A stretch of DNA of 63,608 bases, filler included, from Reclinomonas americana ATCC 50394 (Eukaryota), in assembly GCA_048213135.1 (NCBI GenBank). It is 6 parts of 2 records of this genome, joined end to end, with 100 filler letters (N's around TTAATTAATTAA, not from the genome) between each part and the next. Parts side by side here need not be neighbours in the genome. Positions count along the whole stretch, not along the records: positions 39,394 to 49,285 come from PS015030.1; positions 49,386 to 61,690 come from PS015030.1; 4 more parts are not named here. One strand, written 5' to 3'. The position numbers and the translations under genes were made by a program. This document shows, in pieces, positions 39,495 through 52,400 of this stretch. The notes under the pieces are model-generated. The model had not been told where the DNA came from and did no database searches. It saw only the letters and a list, made by a program, of their open reading frames with translations. The stretch's first letter is position 1, and each line of letters starts with the position of its first letter.

Positions 39495-42400
39495 GTGGAT
39501 GCTCACCCTGCTTGCCGTCGGCAACTTCGCCAACGCCACTCTGTGGATCAGCTACGCACCGGTGCAGACGCTGGCGGAGAAGTACTTTGACACGTCGGAC
39601 TTTTGGGTGCGTCGCGAACGAGCGACCCACGCACCCTTCTTCTCCTTGTATCCTCATCCGCCGCGCGCAGATCAACCTCTTCTCCATGATTTACATGATC
39701 CTCGGCCTGCCGCTGACTTTTTGGGTGTCGGTGGCCATGGACAGCTGGGGCTTGCGCAAAGTCGTGAGTGTCTCTCTTCCCTTCACTCCGCTCTTTGGTG
39801 TGTGCCTTGCTCACACAGCGTGCTCTCCTGGTGCGCACTGACAGGTGTGGCTCGGTTCCATCACGAATGCGATTGGTGCGTGGGTTCGCTACTTTTCTCG
39901 CTTCGGACCGCAGTACTGGGTGGCCATGACAGGTATGCGATTATGATGGTGCGTCTTGCTGGCGCCACACACCGCGCTCACTGTCGAATGATGGCACAGG
40001 TCAAACACTGTGTGCCTTTGCGCAACCGTGGTACATGATTGCGCCGCCAAAGTTGGCCGCTGTGTGGTTTGCCCCAGTTTCGTGGAGGGGAAGAGTGGAG
40101 GGTGCTGCATTCGTTCTGCTTTCTTCTCTCCACGGTGTGCTGCTGCTTCTCTCTCTCTGTCTATCTCTCTCTCTGTCTATCTCTCTGTCTATCTCTCTCT
40201 CAATCTCTCGCTCTCTTGTTCTTTGTTCCAAGCTCATTTCATGTCTCACGCGCTCCAAATTATTCGTCTCTCTCTCACGCACTCCTTTATTCAATCACAT
40301 CCTTTTAACCCCTCCCACATGCTCTCGTTCTCTCTCATACTTTCTGCTTCTCTATTCGCACTCTTTAGCTCTTCGTCTTTCAATCCTCGTCCTCTTTTCT
40401 CATCGTTTGTGTCTCTCCTCTCATGAACGCTCATTTCTTCTGAAGTTCATCTTTCTGCTCATCCGTCGTTCTCCCACAACACACCTTCATTATTCAACAA
40501 CTCCCTCTCTTCCTCCGTCTCTCTTGCTTCATTTTCTCTCACGCATACCGTCTCCAAACCCATCTACTTTCTCTCTCTGTCATCTCTGACCTATTCGTTT
40601 TCTCTTCCTCTTCTCTCTCCCCCTTTCCCCTTCTCTTCCCCCCTTTCCCCCTCCGCGCAGCACGAACGCACCATTGCCACCACCGTCGGCTCCCTTGCCA
40701 ACGTCCTCGGCATCGCCGTCGGCTACGTGCTCGCCCCCGTCATCATCAAGGAAAACAGCGGCTTTGCGATGTTTGACATGATTTTCGCCAGTTGCGTCCT
40801 TTCCCCTCTCCTCCTCCTCCTCTCCGCACTCACCCTCACCCCTTTGCCACCACCATAGTCATCAGCCTCGCCTCCTGCGTGCTCTCTTTGGTGTCGTTCC
40901 AGAACAGCCCACCGATCGCCCCGTCGGTCTCCCAGCTGACACTGCGCATGTCGGCCAAGGAGTCGTACAAGACGATTTTCAGGAACCGAAACTTTATGAT
41001 TGTGTTTGTCGCATTCGGCATCGGCATGGGATGCTTCAATGGCCTTCTCACTGTGCTCTTGCAAGTGCGTGTGCCTTTCTCTTTTGTCGCCCTCCCATCT
41101 CTTCTCACCCGCGTGCGCAGATCTTGGAACCCCTCGGCTACTCCTCCGACGACTGCGGCCTCTTTGGCTCCATCATGATCTTTGCGGGTATTGTCGGCTC
41201 CGGTGCCGTCGGCTACCTCGTCGACCGCAGTCGCAAGTACAAGTCGGCGATCATTCTCATCTATGCCATCACCACGTTGCTGGCCACGGGCATTTGCTTC
41301 CTCATTCGAGAAAGTGCGTTGTTCGGAAAGGGTGTGATGAAGGAAAAGGGAGAAAAGAGAGAGAGAAGACAGAGAGAGAGAGAGAGAGGGCGAGATGGGG
41401 GAAAAGCAGAGGAGCGCGTTGGCAGTAGGAGAGAGAGTGAGAGTGAGAGAGAGAGTCGGAGACGAAGAAGACAATTGCAGTGTGAGAGGGAGAACGTGAG
41501 CGTGAAAGAGAAAGAAGGTCAGTCATAAGAGCTTAGTCGAGAGGAAACTTGTGAGAATAGAGCGAAGCAGCCACAAAGCAAGGCAGCACGACACCGAGGG
41601 AATGCACAGAGAGAGAAAGGAAGCGGAGATGCAGAATCAGAGGCTTCAGAAGCAGACGCGTCGAATAACGGAATGACAGACTGTGAATTCGAGAAGGATG
41701 AGTGGGGAAAGAGAGCGATAGAGTCACGCAACAAGACATCATGGCAGCGACATAGATACGGTGGGAGAAATGCACAGAGAGCAAGGAAGTGGAGATGTAC
41801 AAACAGAGACTTCAGAAGCTGGCACGCAGAGTGACAGAATTATACGCACGCAGGCACACACAGACTGTGAATTCGAGAGGCAGATTCTCAGAGGACATGA
41901 GTGAGGAAAGAGAGATATAGCCACCGACACAGAGGAAAGAGGCAAGGAAGAATCAGAGTGTACACAATAGAGAGTGACAGAATGGTACGCATTCGAGAGG
42001 CAGATGCAGAGAAAGTGTGGGAGAGATGAGCATAGGCATTGTCGACTCACATGCCCATTTCCTGCTCCCTTTCCTTCTCCCTTTCGGCAGACTTCAAAAC
42101 CTACCTCTACATTGGCTTCGCCGCCCTGGGCCTGTGCGCGCTCTCACTGCTGCCCGTGTGCCTCGAGGCCTCTGTGGAAGTCTCCTTCCCCATTCCTGAG
42201 GGCATTCCGTCGGGCCTCCTGTTCCTCTCTGGTCAGGTATTCGGCATCATTTACATTATAGTCATGTCGGTGATACAAAACGTGAGTGGCGGTGGGTGGG
42301 AGAGGACGGTGCTGCGGTGTTGCTGAGGACGGGTTCAACACGCAGAGCGTCAGCTACGTGCCGGCGCCACTGTGGTTCATTGTCGGCACGCTGGCCATTG

Positions 42401-43501
42401 CGCTGGTGCTCATGTTCTTCTTCCAGCCCGACTATCGGCGTTTGGAGGTGAGATTGCCGTTTCTTGTGGCTTGCACACTGACTGCCGCGAGCCGAAGAAA
42501 GGGAGAGAAATGGAAGGCTGGTCTTACTTCTGCCTCACAGAGATCATTCCTCCCTTCTCCTTTCTTTTCATCTTTCTCATGAGAAGGGAAAGCGAGTTTG
42601 TTGAATGATTTCTTCTTTTTTCGAAGGAGAGATACACTCAGGAGAGTGTCAGATTGCCTTCCTTTTTGCTGCTTCTCGCAGAGGAGCCTGTCTTCTTCTT
42701 TGCGTTTCGCCCTCCACGCAGAGACTATTTGCAGAGAGTGTTCATCTCTACTTTGGCACGCGAAGAATCTGTTTCTCTCTCTGCCCTGTCGCTTAAGGCG
42801 ATGGATCCTTTCCCCAGTTGTCTTTCTTCGTCTTGGGAAGAGAAATGGTCCCACTGCTCCTCTCTGTATTGATAGTTTTCATAGAGTGAGGGATCGCTTC
42901 TCTCGTGTCTTCTGTTCAGCGAAAGAGAGAGAGACTGTGTCTGAGAGTGACTGGTTTTCTTATGTCTTCTTTTCAGAAAGTGAATGCTTGTCTCTCTTCG
43001 TCTTCCTCGCAGAATAGAGTGGTACTTGTCACTTTTTCTCTCTTTCTCAACAAAGCAGCTGCTTCGGACTCCTCACTTCCCCTCATCCTCCTCCCCCAAC
43101 CACCTTCTCTCTTTTTAGGAGGAGCGAAGACACATGAAGNNNNNNNNNNNNNNNNNNNNGTTCTCGGCGCAGTATTCTTTCACGAGAAACTCACAAACTA
43201 CTATCATCATCAATCATCTCATTAAAGTTTCGATCGCCTACAACGAACGACGAGTCAGCCACATAAGAGTGAGGGGTGACGAGGACTCCACACATGCACG
43301 CAACGATAACGTGGTGTTGACCGATGAATTCGGCCGCCCGTTCACTCGCTGCTGCTCAATGTCGTCCGAGTCGTCGCCGTGGGTGCGCGGCGACTGACCG
43401 GAGCGCGAGCGCTTCTTGCGCAGCTTCTTTCGCTTGCCATCGATGCTGCCGTAGGAGGCGGATTCGCTGTCGCCCCACTCGGGGGCGGAGGAGGGTGCGG
43501 G
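39495..43501 (+). CDS. MFS transporter, FLVCR/SLC49-like (5' partial); the last two exons lie inverted at 43222-43501
   Basis: RWMLTL..NATLWISYAPV, INLFSMIYM, DSWGLRK, GQTLCAFAQP..PPKLAAVWFAP-HERTIAT, GYLVDRSRKYK, LEASVEVSFPIPEG, QPDYRRLE-EERRHMK. Confidence 0.85.
41560..42020. repeat. ~170-bp degenerate intronic tandem repeat
   Basis: Recurring AATGCACAGAGAG..GGAGATG..CTTCAGAAGC..GACTGTGAATTCGAGA, about 3 copies. Confidence 0.7.
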
Positions 43502-43716
43502 NNNNNNNNNNNNNNNNNNNNNNNNNNNNNNNNNNNNNNNNNNNNNNNNNNNNNNNNNNNNNNNNNNNNNNNNNNNNNNNNNNNNNNNNNNNNNNNNNNN
43601 NNNNNNNNNNNNNNNNNNNNNNNNNNNNNNNNNNNNNNNNNNNNNNNNNNNNNNNNNNNNNNNNNNNNNNNNNNNNNNNNNNNNNNNNNNNNNNNNNNNN
43701 NNNNACGTGTTTGTTT

Positions 43717-46573
43717 TCATGTGCTCCACGACTTGTTCTCCACCCAGCGGATCATCAAGTCGAGCATGCGCTCCGGCTGCAACGAGAGAGAAAGATGAGA
43801 TGCACAATCCCTCAATCCTTCTCCTTCACCAAACGCACCTGATCAAAGGGCGCAATGTGGCCGGCACCGCGCACGACAATCTGCGTCAGATTCTGCGCCA
43901 CGCGCACAAAACCCGCAGTTGGATTGTTGGCCACACACGTGGGGCAGCGCCACACGATCTTGTCGGCCGTCTGATACGCCGACTGTCCCTTCCACTGGAG
44001 CTTCGGGATGAAGAGCTCGGTGAGCGGTGCGCCGATGATGATGTCGAGCTGCGAAAGGAATGGAGGGTGAGAGGGAGGGGGGGGGAGGTGAAGGGTGAAG
44101 GTGGACAACACACCTGGCCGTTGTAGATGAGGACCTTGTAGTTGGCGTTGAGGAGAGTGATGAGCTGCGGGGCGAGGGAGAACTGCGCACGCGGGGAGTG
44201 AGTAGAAAGCGTCTGCGATGATCAGCGAAATACGAACCATGAAATCCTTCAGCAAGTGAATCTCGCACTGGTGACCGTCCTGCAGCTGACGAGAGCCAAC
44301 GTGCACGGCGTTGCGCACTGATGCCTGCGACATGAACTGCACGGAGGAATGCTTTCAGAGTGCATGTTCGAAAATGCTTGCACATCGCTGTGAGATGAAC
44401 GCTAACTCACCGAATACCAGTAGCTGTAGGCCGCCGGCGACACGTCGCGCAAGAAGTTGTCGTAGTTGTAGCTGCCGGTGATCTGGTCATCGGCAGAGGG
44501 TGAGAGTCAGCGAGAGGAGAGTGACAAAGGAGAAGCACGGGCACTCACATTGTGGAAGTAGTTGGGGTACGGGTAAATCTGCGAGGGGGGGAGAGAAAGA
44601 GAGTGAGAGCACTCTCCTGTGTGTGTGAGTACACGTGACACTCACATCTCCATTGATCATCTCGTCCCACACGGTAAAGGCGTCCAGCATGCGACCCTGG
44701 TTGATGAAGCTGACTGTGGAGGCCACGTACTGGTTGAGTCGCTGGAGTTCGTTCTCGTCGGCGAGACCCAAGTTGTACATCTGTGCCAGAAGAGAGTCAG
44801 TCGCGATGCAGAAGCAAGAGGATCTGTCATCCCCACTCACCTGCTGCGGATACCCGGCCAGCTGATTGACGGGGTCCACCCAGCCGTCGCCAATAGCGAG
44901 GCCCTTCAGCGGAACCTTGGCGCCGCTCAGATTCTGCAAAGACGTCTACAAGGTGAGGCTGCGGGAGAACAAAAGGAGGGGAAAGGAAGCAAACGCACAC
45001 ACCATCTGATGCACGCGGTACGCAAAGGCGGGGACGTAGTGACCGGCGTAGCTCTCGCCAGTGATGTACAAGTCCACGGTGCTGGTCTCGGGGAACACCT
45101 GCAACGAGGGAAAGGGTGAGGACAAGGGTGAGGAGAGGGAGGAGAAGAGAGAGGGAAGTGTGAAGCAGAAATAGAAGATCGAATGACGAGGTGAAGTGCG
45201 AAGGAAGAAGGAACGGAGCACAGGGAGCACGAGAACGGAGCAGAGCGCAGACAGGGGATGAACGAGGGGAATGGAACAGAGCAACAAGAGAATGGGGGCT
45301 CGAGGAAGGGCATTGATCGAAGACTGGGAGAGAGGTAGGTCGTCTTCTAATGCACGACAATAGGCAGTGGTTTTGTTGGCAAGCAAGACAATGCAGTCGC
45401 AAGAAGAGGTGAGAGTTAGGCACACAACAAGAGTTGCGAGCGCGTGTTGCAGTGCGCATCCTTGTGACAGTGCAGTGTGTTCGTGGTTGCGTTGCTTCCC
45501 ACTCGCATTTAAGATAACGAGGGCGCGGGAAGGACCAACACAAGAGACACAGGGGCAAGGGGAGAGGGGCAAGAGCAAAGCGAAGGGAGACCAAGGACGT
45601 GCTGAGCGGACGCGAGGGGCCGTGGGAAGAAACGAATCAAAAAATGGAGGGCCGTGGTGGAGGGGTGAGAGAGAGAGAGAGAGAGCAGAAGGAAGGTGAC
45701 GAACGTCCATGAGGAGAATAGCAATCAAAGAGGCAGGAAAGGAGGGCTACGGAGGAGGAACTAGAGAGAGAGAGAGAGAACAAAAGAGAGCGCAGGAGAA
45801 CAAAAATTTCATGAAGGATCATTGCAAATAAAGAAGCAGAAAGCCGGTGTGTAGCACAGCAAAGCAACAGACCTCGATTGAACAACGTACCTTGTAGAAC
45901 TGTGTCAACAGCGAGTAGAGGTTGTCGGCGACGTCGTCCTCGCTGACAGCGTAGCCGGCCTCGGTGGAGGTGCTGCACATCAGCAATCGTTAACAATCGG
46001 CCTTCTCCTCCCCCACCCCCTCTCCACGCAACTAACTGAATCCAGCGCCCACTGGATTGTCGATAAACAGCATCGAGTACTTGGTGTTCCACGACGAGGG
46101 ATTCGACTGCACCTGCAGCTCGGGCGTCAAGCGGAACGGACCGCTCTCGGTGAAGATGGCGAAGAGCGAGGCGCCGCCGGGTCCGCCTTGCAGCCAGATG
46201 AGGAGTGGGGCGTGGGCGTCGCCGTTTTGCGCGGGGAAGTACCACATGAAGAGGTTGTTGTCGGTGACGGGGTCGGTTTGGAAGTAGCCGGCGTAGCTGT
46301 CGAGAGGGGGAAGGGGGAAGGGGGTAAGGAAAATAGAGGGAAAGGGATCGTGCTACAGCAAGGTAAGGCTTGTAAAGCTGGGTGAGAATGAGTGCCTGCA
46401 GTGTCGAGTGCACCGCGAAGGCGAAGGATGGTAGGGAGAGAGCCCACTCCTATCTTCTCCAACAGTCCACACAAGAGACACAGGCTTCATGAAGTAGCAC
46501 AATCAAGGGAAACATTTGACTCCAAACATGCAATGGTTTTTCCGAACAGTCGTCATGCAAGTTTCGTTTTCTG

Positions 46574-46614
<41 letters not shown>

Positions 46615-47114
46615 GCTGACCAGTGAAAGACTGGAGTGTGAAGAGATAGAGATAGAGAGATGCATGAGAGAAAAAGGAAAGACTTGCAGTCTGTCTCTCT
46701 CAGTCATTTCTCACAGTCAAGTTCTCTGTCTCATACATGCAGTCCCTCTCTCATGCTCACTCTCTCACTCTAGCTCTCATTCACTCACTCTCTCTCTATC
46801 TCTCTCTCTCTCTCATCCCCTTTTCCTCCCCTTCTCCTCCCCTTTTCCTCCCCTTTTCCACGCAACGACGTGATGCTTCCCACCCCAAACACTTGACTCT
46901 CATTCCGCGCAATGTGCCATCCATGCGCTGCTCCCAAGTGTGTCAAGTTGACCTCATTGTTGCTATCATTATCGTTCACAGAGAATGCTGCATCGCGAGG
47001 CACTCCGCGTCGCGCCCAAGGAGACATGGCGCAGCCTTTGCCAGAGGGCGTGCAGGCGAGGGCGAGAGGCGTGAGAGTGAGGAGAAGGAGGAGGAGGAGG
47101 AGGTGAGTGCGCAT
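43717..47114 (-). CDS. Serine carboxypeptidase S10 (CPVL-like), secreted or lysosomal
   Basis: Signal peptide MRTHLLLLLLLLTLTPLALA; SYAGYF, IWLQGGPG, FIDNPVGAGFSY, ITGESYAGHYVP (catalytic Ser), YNGQLDII (Asp), RGAGHIAPFDQP (His). Confidence 0.95.
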
Positions 47115-47159
47115 CGATGATTGATTGATGGAAGAGGACACGAGAGGAGGACGTTTGTC

Positions 47160-48030
47160 GGAGTGTGAAGGCTTTGTCTTGCCTCTCTACAAAGCTCTGT
47201 GTATAATAGTAGTTGATCGAGTTACATGAATGCTTGCTGGTGAGGCAAAGCTGGCGATCGCTGGAAGTCGAAGTCGAAGTCGAGGACATGCATTCCTTGG
47301 AGTGTGAAGGTTTTGTCTTACCTCTCTACAAAGCTCTGCACATGACAGTAGTTGAGCGAGCTCGCAAGAATGCTTGCTGCTGAGGAAAGCTCGCGATCGC
47401 CGGAAGTCGAGCTCGAGGACTGTGCATATGCAATTGCAATTGCGCATGCATTGCGTTCCTCGGTGTGTGAAGGCTTTGTCTTGCCTCTCTACAAAGCTCT
47501 GCGTATAGTAGTAGTTGAGCGAGTTACAAGAATGCTTGCCGGTGAGGCAAAGCTCGCTGGAAGTCGAAGTCGATCGCGAGGACTTTAAATTTGGCATTCA
47601 TGTTCCTCGGACTGTGACGACCTTGTCTTGCCTCGCAGCGTTTTGCAGCTGTGCCTATAGCAGCAATTGAGCTATGGCGAGCTTGGTATTCTGTCTCTGA
47701 AGATTTTCCGGCGAGAGAAGTTGAAGACATTGCAATTGCTTTGCATGCATTCCGTTCCTCGGAGCGTGAAGGCCTTGTCTTCCTCACATTGCAGCTCTGA
47801 ATGTACCTGAAGTTGAGCTGTGACGAGCTGCACAAGGGTGCTTGCTTGTGAGGCACCAGTCGCTGGAAGTCGTCGCCTTTGCATTCCGACTCGACGTTTC
47901 AGGGACTTGTCTTCCCACAGAGCTCTGCATGTGCGGAACAATAGCTGAGCTGTGACGAGCTCGCAAGAACACTTGCCTAGTGAGGCAGCAGTCACTCGAA
48001 GTCGAGGAATGGTGCACTGCATTCCCCAAG
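47160..48030. repeat. Intergenic tandem array of ~6 diverging 135-165-bp units
   Basis: Units start GGAGTGTGAAGGCTTTGTCTTGCCTCTCTACAAAGCTCTG at ~47160, 47299, 47462, 47609, 47761 and ~47895. Confidence 0.85.
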
Positions 48031-48930
48031 GTCGTATTCTTCCATCTGTCTGTTGTCGAAACAATGCTCCGTAAGATGTGCCTCGAATAACTTCGCAAGT
48101 TGCATGCCGAGTGGCGTCGAATGCTGGAGACACTGCATTCGTCGGCACAACTGCACTGTAACGAGCTTCGTTCGTAGTCACCACCGTAATGCGGCATCGG
48201 CAAGCGGAACCTGTGGCCACTTAATCTCCTTCACCTTCGCGAGGAACAGCTCATAACAAAACCCGGCACCTTCGTCAGCACAGCTACGTTGCGGGGCGGC
48301 AACGTGATAGGCGACTCTCTGCAGACACGTCTCTCCACAAACCTGAAGAGACAAGCTCCATAATCCAGTTGCAGCAGCCGACCCAGTGTCTCTCCACTGC
48401 AAGACTGCAATCCGTGACAAGCTCTGCTAGGTTGCAAGTCCGGGAACCTCCCTTCCCCTTCCCCCTCCCCTCCTCTCCCCTCCTCTCCTCCCCTTCCTTC
48501 CCCTTCCCTCTCCCCTCCCCTCCCTTCCCCCTCCCCTCCCCTCCCCTCCCCCTTCTCCCACTTCTCGCACAACCGTNNNNNNNNNNNNNNNNNNNNNNNN
48601 NNNNNNNNNNNNNNNNNNNNNNNNNNNNNNNNNNNNNNNNNNNNNNNNNNNNNNNNNNNNNNNNNNNNNNNNNNNNNNNNNNNNNNNNNNNNNNNNNNNN
48701 NNNNNNNNNNNNNNNNNNNNNNNNNNNNNNNNNNNNNNNNNNNNNNNNNNNNNNNNNNNNNNNNNNNNNNNNNNNNNNNNNNNNNNNNNNNNNNNNNNNN
48801 NNNNNNNNNNNNNNNNNNNNNNNNNNNNNNNNNNNNNNNNNNNNNNNNNNNNNNNNNNNNNNNNNNNNNNNNNNNNNNNNNNNNNNNNNNNNNNNNNNNN
48901 NNNNNNNNNNNNNNNNNNNNNNNNNNNNNN

Positions 48931-49215
48931 CAGCACTGCGTCCCGCACGGCGACCGCGGCCAATTCGCCAAACCCCTGGCCAAGGCCGAATCCAACCTCG
49001 CCCAGGTCATGCTCGTCGACAATTCCCCCGTGTGCTACGCCCTGCACCCGGAGAATGGCATCCCCATCGAAACGTGGCAGGGCAACGACTCGACCGACCG
49101 CGAGCTGCTGCACTTGCTGCCGCTGCTGGAGTCGCTGAGGCACGTGCACGACGTGAGGAGTGTCCTCCGTCTGCGCACGCACGAGGTGGCGCGGAGTCAC
49201 TTGCACCGGCGGTAA
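48931..49215 (+). CDS. NIF/FCP-SCP family HAD phosphatase, Dullard/CTDNEP1-like (last exon)
   Basis: NLAQVMLVDNSPVCYALHPENGIPIETWQGNDSTDRELLHLLPLLESLRHVHDVRSVLRLR. Confidence 0.85.
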   Translation, partial: QHCVPHGDRGQFAKPLAKAESNLAQVMLVDNSPVCYALHPENGIPIETWQGNDSTDRELLHLLPLLESLRHVHDVRSVLRLRTHEVARSHLHRR

Positions 49216-49468
49216 CGCGTGCGTACATGTAGTGAGTGCGTGAGCGCTTGCTTGTTTGATGAGCGGGAAAATAATATGTGACGATNNNNNNNNNNNNNNN
49301 NNNNNNNNNNNNNNNNNNNNNNNNNNNNNTTAATTAATTAANNNNNNNNNNNNNNNNNNNNNNNNNNNNNNNNNNNNNNNNNNNNAGGCGCGTGAAGGTG
49401 AAAGGTGTGGGGAGTGGTTTGGTAATAGAGGTAGGCTTTCAGGTTTCCTTTCTACATTCTCACCGGCC

Positions 49469-52400
49469 TCACAACTCGATGGTGAATCCACCCAGTCTCT
49501 CTCGCAACTGCAGCATCACTGTCCGCGCGTCGTCGGCCGTCGGGCGATCCTCCTCGTACAGCGACATGCATCTGTGCGGAGATCACCGCATAAGACACTG
49601 CGCCCACCACAAGTTGTCTCTTTCTTTCTGATGCGGCACGCAACTGAACACCGAGCCGCAGCATGCCTCGGGCCACGTCCACCGGCCAGTTGCCAGCCTG
49701 TGCATCGGCTTCCGTGACGGCGTTCACCGTGTCGAGGTTGCGTTCCCATCGCGGAGCCTGCTCCACCAGCAGATATGCATCGCGTCCAGTCAGCAGCTGC
49801 AGCAGAATGAGTCCCACGGCGTGCACATCCATGGACTTGCGGATCTTGCAGGAACGGAGGAACAGTGGATCGATGTAATGCTTCGTGCCGGGTCGGTGAT
49901 CGGTGTGCCGATCAGTCTGCGAGACACTCAAGTGAGCAAACGGCTCGAGTTGTCCCTGACACAAAACCGCAGTTCACCTCATCTTCGTCGAAGATGCGAG
50001 CGATGCCAAAGTCGCCAATTCGCGGCTCACAGCGCTTGTCGAGAAGGATGTTGCCTGGCTTCAAGTCACGATGTACCACATTGTGCTGCACGTGAAACGT
50101 GTGTGAGAGAGGAGCAGAGGACTCAATTACATAGAGCCGACTATTCTTCACCTGATGAAGAAAGCACACTCCCTCGGTGATGCCCAACCCAATCTGCACT
50201 CGCTGCACCACTGTCAACGAGACCGTGTCGGCACCACGCTGCAATAGCCGCACCCCCAGATCTTGACCACTGTGAGCGGCAGAAAGATGGTGAGGCATTC
50301 ATGCCATCCCTCACTGCACAGCATTCCCCTTCTTGCACTCACCGCATGGCCCGGTACACCAAGCAGCGCTCCTTCACTTCCTCGCCCTCGATCCGTGCAG
50401 CGTAGCCAAGAAGCGGAACCAGTCGCCGATGTCGCAGTTGACCGAGTGTATCAAGCTGTTCAGAAGTAGAAAGTGGGTTGCTGATCTCTCTCTGCGGATG
50501 CCACCACACTCATCACCTCAGCATTGTACGAGTCGGTGGCCGACGGGGCGCCGTCCATCCGTTTGACTGCCACATCCTCGTCGCCAAGCCAGCATAGAAA
50601 CACGTCGCCCTCTCCACCCTCACCAGCCTTGTAACGCTCGGCGAAAGACTCGGTGGCGTGCACAACATCGTCCCAGGTGTATTCGCGCAGCCGACCGGGA
50701 GCTGACAGTGGGAGATCACGAAGAGTGTGTTAGGAGCTGAGTAAACTGTACACCTCTTCTTCAAGCCGCCAGCTCTCTCCTCTCCCTCTCTCTGTGCGTT
50801 TCCCCNNNNNNNNNNNNNNNNNNNNNNNNNNNNNNNNNNNNNNNNNNNNNNNNNNNNNNNNNNNNNNNNNNNNNNNNNNNNNNNNNNNNNNNNNNNNNNN
50901 NNNNNNNNNNNNNNNNNNNNNNNNNNNNNNNNNNNNNNNNNNNNNNNNNNNNNNNNNNNNNNNNNNNNNNNNNNNNNNNNNNNNNNNNNNNNNNNNNNNN
51001 NNNNNNNNNNNNNNNNNNNNNNNNNNNNNNNNNNNNNNNNNNNNNNNNNNNNNNNNNNNNNNNNNNNNNNNNNNNNNNNNNNNNNNNNNNNNNNNNNNNN
51101 NNNNNNNNNNNNNNNNNNNNNNNNNNNNNNNNNNNNNNNNNNNNNNNNNNNNNNNNNNNNNNNNNNNNNNNNNNNNNNNNNNNNNNNNNNNNNNNNNNNN
51201 NNNNNNNNNNNNNNNNNNNNNNNNNNNNNNNNNNNNNNNNNNNNNNNNNNNNNNNNNNNNNNNNNNNNNNNNNNNNNNNNNNNNNNNNNNNNNNNNNNNN
51301 NNNNNNNNNNNNNNNNNNNNNNNNNNNNNNNNNNNNNNNNNNNNNNNNNNNNNNNNNNNNNNNNNNNNNNNNNNNNNNNNNNNNNNNNNNNNNNNNNNNN
51401 NNNNNNNNNNNNNNNNNNNNNNNNNNNNNNNNNNNNNNNNNNNNNNNNNNNNNNNNNNNNNNNNNNNNNNNNNNNNNNNNNNNNNNNNNNNNNNNNNNNN
51501 NNNNNNNNNNNNNNNNNNNNNNNNNNNNNNNNNNNNNNNNNNNNNNNNNNNNNNNNNNNNNNNNNNNNNNNNNNNNNNNNNNGCCGCCAGCGAGGCGGCG
51601 GCGGAAATCGAGCGACTGAAGAGTGCCAACGCAGAGGAGAAGCGCAAGCGGCTAGCAGCGGAGAAGCAGTTTAATGAGGAGCGTCAGCGATCGCTGGAGG
51701 CGGCCGGGCGAGCAACAGAGAAAGTCTTGCTCCTGGAGCGGTCAAATTTGGAGGCCACATCCGAGGTCGAGCGGTTGAAGAGCGCCAACGCAGACGAGAA
51801 GCGCAAGCGGCAGTCTGCGGAGGATCTAGTTCAGCAGGTGATGGCGGCGGCGGCCAAAGCATCCAAATCGGTAAAGGAGCGCGCGGGCATCGCCGAGCGA
51901 GCGCTGGAGGCGGAGCAGAAGCGGTCGGCAGAGTTGGCGGTGGAAATTGACTGTTTACGACTGGAGATCGCTGCACTTGATGGTGAGTGGGAGTNNNNNN
52001 NNNNNNNNNNNNNNNNNNNNNNNNNNNNNNNNNNNNNNNNNNNNNNNNNNNNNNNNNNNNNNNNNNNNNNNNNNNNNNNNNNNNNNNNNNNNNNNNNNNN
52101 NNNNNNNNNNNNNNNNNNNNNNNNNNNNNNNNNNNNNNNNNNNNNNNNNNNNNNNNNNNNNNNNNNNNNNNNNNNNNNNNNNNNNNNNNNNNNNNNNNNN
52201 NNNNNNNNNNNNNNNGCGCTGCTGCTGATGAGTCGATTTCTCCTGCGCTCGGCTCGCTGCCTCGCGAGCACGCCGTCGCTCCTCGTCGACTTGCGCCTCC
52301 GCTGCTAGCCGCTTGCGCTTCTCCTCCGCCTTGGCTCTTTTCAGCCGTTCGATCTCGGCTATGGCCTCGAGCTCCGAACTGGATCGCTCTAGCGATCCCT

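Noticed and set aside
47160-48030. CRISPR array
   Set aside because: Whole units are homologous with no unique spacers, the context is eukaryotic, and there are no cas genes.
48050-48450. 5' exons of the Dullard-like phosphatase
   Set aside because: Candidate frames contain stops or lack the DLDET motif, which probably lies in the gap.
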